Source of the DNA: Promethearchaeota archaeon
GTDB taxonomy: Archaea > Asgardarchaeota > Lokiarchaeia > Sigyniarchaeales > SOKP01
Length of the DNA: 32,000 nucleotides
Reading direction: 5' to 3'
Assembly: GCA_030606485.1 (NCBI GenBank)
Contig: JAUWGH010000002.1
Span: 120,001-152,000, forward strand
Shown one piece after another: positions 27,278 through 32,000 of the stretch (the first letter of the stretch is position 1; every line of letters starts with the position of its first letter). The notes below the pieces were generated by a model, which had not been told where the DNA came from, ran no database searches, and was given only the letters and a program-made list of their open reading frames with translations. Position numbers and translations under genes: made by a program.

Positions 27278-28477
27278 TTTTTTTTCTAAAATTTCTACCA
27301 AATATTCTTTCAATTTTTCTGCAGGAACGTCAAGTAAAGTTATTTTCAAATGTCTACCGCGAGATTCTTCATCAATCCTTATCGAATCTGCCAGTAAAAT
27401 TTTTAAAGTATTAAGTTGCCGAATATATTTTCTAAAAGACATTTTAACGTGAGGAACAATTTCATAAGTTTCACAAATGACTTTGTAATCTTCGTATGCA
27501 TCATCAATTGTTGTAAATGATTTTTGATTATTCAATAAAGCTCTTACAACGGCATACAAGGATAAAAGTTCTTGATCTTTTAATCGATCAATAATATCAG
27601 CTCTAAATTCAGGATATGCAACTTCTGCAGCAGCATTTCGAATAATTTCAGCAGAGGACTCATCTAATCCCTCTTTATCCAAGTATTGCCCACTCAATCT
27701 TAAGATTTCAATACCATGCCTCATATTTTTTGTATCTTCAACAATTTTCGCAATTAACTCGAGATTATCTTCATTCATAACGCCGTCTTTAAAAGCCAAA
27801 TCTACTCGATAATTTAAGATTTCTTTTGCATCATCGAGATTATATGGTTTTAATTTAATTTTTTTATTAATCCGGGATAATAACCTTTCTGATTCTATTC
27901 GAATCCAATCATGTTTTCGCGAAATTAACAATAATGACATTCTTACATTATGATGCCCGAAAGTTTCGGCAGTATCTAGTAAAGCCCATATATCATTTTT
28001 TGGAATTAAATGAATCTCATCTAAGATTAATAGAATATATCCATTATCATTTTTTACTTTAGTAATTATTTGTTTCATTGCCTCATCATCAGAAAAACCT
28101 CTTCCTGAGCCTTGACAATACTTTCCCAATAAAGTTCGAATAATTTTACTTTTTGTTCTAAAATTAACGCAATCAAAATGCTCAATGAATAAGTTAATAC
28201 CCTTTTCAATTGCTGTTTCTCGAAAATTTCTCCCAAAAAACTTTGCGGAAACGGTTTTCCCAACACCACCTTTACCAATTAATAAACAATTACTAGAAAA
28301 TCTTCCCTTTCCTTCAATTATACCCCTAAAATTGTGAATAAGCTCTTTGATTATATCATCTCGGCAGTATAATTTTTTCGGTACATAACTTAAATTAAGA
28401 GAACTAGAATTTCGAAATACAGATCTTTTACTTAATTCTTTTCGAAAATTTTCCTTATCCATATTTTTAGGGACCAA
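27260..28477 (-). CDS. cdc6: Orc1/Cdc6 family AAA+ replication initiator
   Basis: SLNLSYVPKKLYCRD, Walker A GKGGVGKT, Walker B LILDEIH, KPYN, GIEILRLSG, C-terminal wHTH ending in RGRH. ATG alternative at 28462. Confidence 0.93.
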   Translation of the reverse strand: MVPKNMDKENFRKELSKRSVFRNSSSLNLSYVPKKLYCRDDIIKELIHNFRGIIEGKGRFSSNCLLIGKGGVGKTVSAKFFGRNFRETAIEKGINLFIEHFDCVNFRTKSKIIRTLLGKYCQGSGRGFSDDEAMKQIITKVKNDNGYILLILDEIHLIPKNDIWALLDTAETFGHHNVRMSLLLISRKHDWIRIESERLLSRINKKIKLKPYNLDDAKEILNYRVDLAFKDGVMNEDNLELIAKIVEDTKNMRHGIEILRLSGQYLDKEGLDESSAEIIRNAAAEVAYPEFRADIIDRLKDQELLSLYAVVRALLNNQKSFTTIDDAYEDYKVICETYEIVPHVKMSFRKYIRQLNTLKILLADSIRIDEESRGRHLKITLLDVPAEKLKEYLVEILEKKLIVDS

Positions 28478-28709
28478 AAATGTATAGGACTATTGCTCAG
28501 TTTATCCTTAATAAATTAAAATTTGCTATTTGATAAATAATTTATCTATTATTTAAAGTTAAAACATCTAAAAAAATAAGAAATTATATGATCTTCGATA
28601 TCTTTTTTTAAACTTTTAAATTATTTAAATACATTTAATAAAATAGAAAGTACTAGAATTTAAAAAAATAAAACAATAAAATCGATTAATTTCCATTATT
28701 TTTTAAAAA

Positions 28710-29618
28710 ATGAAAGTAAGTTTAATCGGACTTAATAACTGTGGTAAAACAAGTATCTGCTCGGTTGCATTTGGTCAAAAAAATGCTGAAGATACTCAAT
28801 CCTTAAATCCTACAATATTTTATGAGGTTAGGCATTATCCATTTTTAGGATTTCAAATTGGAATCTTCGATTTTGGTGGTCAAGAAGATCATAGAAAGGA
28901 ATATTTAGAAAAACCTGAACCCTTTGCGGGAACAGATATTCTTATTCCAGTTGTTGATTTACACGACCCTAAGAATTTTGAAAATGCCAAAAAATATTTT
29001 AAAGAAATTTTAGATATTTTTAATCAAAGTAATAAAAAACCAAAGATTTTTTTACTCCTTCACAAATGTGATACAAAAAATTATCAGAAAGAGTTAATAG
29101 ACGCAAATATTAGACAAGCAAGAAATATCTTTTTAGATCTTTTCGTAGAATTTGATTTTAATTTCATATTTACAAGCATTTTTGAACAAAATGATTTGAG
29201 AAAAATATTTCGAGACATTTTACTCTCTTCCCATGCGAATTTAAAGATAAATATCCAAAAAATGGAAAAAGATCTTCAAGAAATTAAAACAAACATAATT
29301 ATTACGGATATATTAGGAAATATATTAATTCATAATGTTCAAAATGTAGGTAGTGGTTTTATTTTAAGGCAAGATTTACGAGATTTTCTAAATTCTTGTA
29401 ATAATATCCGAGAAAAAATATTTACTTCAGATTCTGCTAACTTTAAAGGTAAAAATGACGATGGAAAAGAAATTGAGATTTATATATTTAAATACATAAT
29501 TTCTGTAATCATAATGAAATCAAGAGACTTAGATGTGAATTCACATGATAAAGTTGCAATTTTATTAAATAATGTTAGATTATTAGCAGATTTAATAGTC
29601 AGTACAAATTTTAACTAA
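28710..29618 (+). CDS. Rag/Gtr-like small GTPase with C-terminal roadblock/longin-like domain
   Basis: G1 GLNNCGKTS, G2 PT, G3 DFGGQ, G4 HKCD, G5 TSIF (HKxD and TSI are Rag-like); about 130-aa C-terminal alpha/beta extension. Confidence 0.82.
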   Translation: MKVSLIGLNNCGKTSICSVAFGQKNAEDTQSLNPTIFYEVRHYPFLGFQIGIFDFGGQEDHRKEYLEKPEPFAGTDILIPVVDLHDPKNFENAKKYFKEILDIFNQSNKKPKIFLLLHKCDTKNYQKELIDANIRQARNIFLDLFVEFDFNFIFTSIFEQNDLRKIFRDILLSSHANLKINIQKMEKDLQEIKTNIIITDILGNILIHNVQNVGSGFILRQDLRDFLNSCNNIREKIFTSDSANFKGKNDDGKEIEIYIFKYIISVIIMKSRDLDVNSHDKVAILLNNVRLLADLIVSTNFN

Positions 29619-29697
29619 AATTAGACTTTAATTATTTTAATACTTTTTCTGAAGGAGATTAAGACATAACCATAGTATATTTAATTGTGAATATCAT

Positions 29698-29919
29698 TTA
29701 CTTATTCTTGTCTGATGATGAATACCAATCAAGCCAATCCTTTTTTCGACTTTTTTTCTTTTCATAATTGTCTGATTCATCAAAATTTGTTTCTCGAATC
29801 TTTTTCCACATTCGATCTAACTCAGTTCTTGTCACAGTTAGACCACAACTTAAACATACCACCATTTTTAATTTTGAATTCCATTCCATCATAGCCGCAC
29901 ATTCAGGACAACGTGCCAT
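29698..29919 (-). CDS. Small Zn-ribbon protein
   Basis: CPEC-x17-CLSC followed by a charged helical tail. Confidence 0.75.
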   Translation of the reverse strand: MARCPECAAMMEWNSKLKMVVCLSCGLTVTRTELDRMWKKIRETNFDESDNYEKKKSRKKDWLDWYSSSDKNK

Positions 29920-30258
29920 AATTACAACGCTCTAATTTTTAAATTCTTTTTTATAAATAAAAAATACTATTCCAAAAAAATTTTGCTATTTTTATTCGGT
30001 TTAATTTCCTAATAATGGAAGAAAATTATAAAATCAATTGATTAAAATATTATTTAACTGTAAATAATAAATTTTAATTTGCTGGTTTAAGAAATATTGA
30101 AGTATATTAGATTATTAATAATTTATATGAAAAAGGAAAAGGATACTATAGAGGATAAATAAGAATTCTGCAATAAAGTAATCTCGAAATGACAAATAAA
30201 TTATAGTTCTAAGTGAAAAAAACTGTTAAATAAGGATTTAAAAGATTATATTGATTTA

Positions 30259-31044
30259 GTGAATAAAGGGTCCAGTGGATTTTTAAAGAAAAAAGTTTCA
30301 TTAGTAACGGGCGGTGCTGGAGGGATAGGTATAGCAATTTGTAAAGAATTAGCTAATTTAGGGTCCATTGTTTATATTTGCGATATTAAGGAAGCAAAAA
30401 GTCTCGCAAATGAGATTAATGCTGGGTATTCTGATGTGCGAGCTATACCTATTAAAACTGATATATCTAATAAGTCTGAAGTTAAAAATATGTTTGAACA
30501 AATATTAAATGAACATGGGGGAGTAGATATATTAATAAATAACGCCGCTACATTTGGAGAGCCTCCTCTTAATTTTTTAGAAATTTCGTATGAGAATTTT
30601 AAAAAAATAATTAGTGTAGATTTAAGCGGAGCTATTTATTGCACTATTGCCGCGATACCGCATATGGTTAAAAAAGGTTGGGGAAAAATAATGTTCTCTG
30701 CTGCACCATTAACTTCTTCAGGGATTCCAGCGCCCTATTTAGCAGGAAAATCCGGGTTTATTGGATTAACTAAATATCTTTCTGAAAAATTAAGGAAATA
30801 TGGGATTGGAACGTTTGCGGTTGTGCTAAGGCATATTTATACGCCCATGATACAAAAAGTAATGGAAAGTAGAAATATTAATCTTAAAGATGCAAAAAAA
30901 AACTTAGATGAGAAATCACTTACAGGCAGAATGGCTACTACAGAAGAAATCGCCAAAATGTTCGCATACTTTGCTTTGCCAATTTCAGATCATATGAGCG
31001 GTCAAACTATTCTTGCAGATGGAGGAATCTCATATTTAAGATAA
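30259..31044 (+). CDS. Short-chain dehydrogenase/reductase (FabG-like)
   Basis: TGGAGGIG, NNAA, and catalytic YLAGK. Confidence 0.9.
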   Translation: MNKGSSGFLKKKVSLVTGGAGGIGIAICKELANLGSIVYICDIKEAKSLANEINAGYSDVRAIPIKTDISNKSEVKNMFEQILNEHGGVDILINNAATFGEPPLNFLEISYENFKKIISVDLSGAIYCTIAAIPHMVKKGWGKIMFSAAPLTSSGIPAPYLAGKSGFIGLTKYLSEKLRKYGIGTFAVVLRHIYTPMIQKVMESRNINLKDAKKNLDEKSLTGRMATTEEIAKMFAYFALPISDHMSGQTILADGGISYLR

Positions 31045-31057
31045 CAGGTGAAATACA

Positions 31058-31774
31058 ATGGAAAGTATTAGAGAATTAAAAGGAAAAAATTGTATATTTT
31101 TAGGCGCAAACGATTCATTTGGAAGGGAATTATGCAAAAATTTGGCTAAAGTTGGTCTTAATTTTGGTTTAATAGATTTTAACCACTTAAGTTCATTAGA
31201 TTTATCGAAAAACCTTAAAAATATAGGGGTTAAATCTATAAGTGCAACAGTTATTCCAAGAAAGACTACTAGTTTTGAAAAGGCAGTTGCTAAAATAATA
31301 GAATATTTAGGAGATGTAGATTTTCTTATTTGTGCTTATTATTTTGATGAGGATATTAGCTATGAAAATGATGAATTTCATATAGATAAATTAAGCATGG
31401 AAAAATGGGATGATAACCTCCTGAAATGGGTAGGGAGCTATTTTTTAATGATAAAATCAGTTTTACCTTACATGCTTGATAAAAAGAAAGGTAAAATTAT
31501 ATTTACAAATCTAACTTCAGGCTACACTGGTGAGGGAGAAGGCGAAGGGCAACTCACCAGAGCAAGTTCATTATATTTCTCTGCTTGCTCAAGTGCAATA
31601 ACTGGAATGATGACATCTATAGCGAGAGAAATCATTCCTCTTGGTATAAAAGTTAATGGTGTAGCTTTCAATCCTGCACTTAAAGGGGATGATAATAGAA
31701 TACTAAATGCTTTTATATTTTTACTCTCAGATATATCCTATTATACATGTGGGCAAATAATACGGCTATATTAA
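31058..31774 (+). CDS. Degenerate SDR-fold protein (probable pseudoenzyme)
   Basis: SDR layout (LGANDSFG, GKIIF, GIKVNGV, SYYTCGQII), but FSACS replaces YxxxK. Confidence 0.75.
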   Translation: MESIRELKGKNCIFLGANDSFGRELCKNLAKVGLNFGLIDFNHLSSLDLSKNLKNIGVKSISATVIPRKTTSFEKAVAKIIEYLGDVDFLICAYYFDEDISYENDEFHIDKLSMEKWDDNLLKWVGSYFLMIKSVLPYMLDKKKGKIIFTNLTSGYTGEGEGEGQLTRASSLYFSACSSAITGMMTSIAREIIPLGIKVNGVAFNPALKGDDNRILNAFIFLLSDISYYTCGQIIRLY

Positions 31775-31797
31775 AATAGAAAGTAGTAGTGAAAAAA

Positions 31798-32000
31798 ATG
31801 GATAAGGAATTAAAATCAGAAATCGTAAAAAAATGGGTTGGAGATTTACCATTTAGGCAGAAAGTAATAAAATTGTTTGAAAAAGTAAGAGATATACCTT
31901 TTGGGAGAGCGGGTTCAAGAGACCCTAAAGATGTTTATGAAAAAAATATAGGAACTTGTTCCGGAAAGAATTTATTATTAAGAGAATTGTATGATGAAAT
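31798..32000 (+). CDS. Transglutaminase-like domain protein, N-terminal part (runs off window)
   Basis: Open frame MDKELKSEIVKKW...VRDIPF...NIGTCSGKNLLLRELY; GTCxxK is the typical catalytic-Cys motif. Confidence 0.7.
   Translation, partial: MDKELKSEIVKKWVGDLPFRQKVIKLFEKVRDIPFGRAGSRDPKDVYEKNIGTCSGKNLLLRELYDE

Noticed and set aside
9164-28278. Other short nested ORFs in the track (9164, 9267, 10660, 12117, 14499, 14820, 15764, 16263, 17866, 19486, 22212, 23815, 24582, 25017, 26542, 28075)
   Set aside because: All lie antisense or out of frame within well-supported genes and lack coding signatures.
28478-28709. Possible replication origin next to cdc6
   Set aside because: The region is AT-rich, but I see no ORB-like (TCCA-TGGAA plus G-string) repeats; AT richness is typical of every intergenic region here.
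1-32000. tRNA/rRNA genes
   Set aside because: No GC-rich cloverleaf or rRNA-like segments; all intergenic regions are extremely AT-rich.

Overview
Very AT-rich archaeal genomic DNA, most consistent with an Asgard archaeon of the Lokiarchaeia/Promethearchaeota type. This is inferred from an actin-related protein, a Rag-like small GTPase, Orc1/Cdc6 and archaeal BRE/TATA promoters. About 30 protein genes are supported; I found no rRNA, tRNA, CRISPR array or intact IS element. Ordinary content: type IA topoisomerase, CoA-transferase-GNAT fusion, ArsB/NhaD permease, NTPase, K+-independent-type H+-pyrophosphatase, XerA, Cdc6 and SDRs. Most notable: (1) a divergent actin-related gene about 1 kb from a same-strand gene for a helical-N-terminus / (xGPPxK)6 proline-rich / WH2-like 'LKKI' protein, resembling a minimal actin nucleation-promoting factor; (2) a translationally coupled pair of paralogous long coiled-coil plus C-terminal winged-helix proteins; (3) a cluster with two non-pyrrolysine MttB paralogs, a corrinoid protein and a homocysteine methyltransferase; (4) an abrupt junction at about 26128 where two 5'-truncated genes abut next to xerA. 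All protein family calls come from motifs recognised by eye, not database searches.
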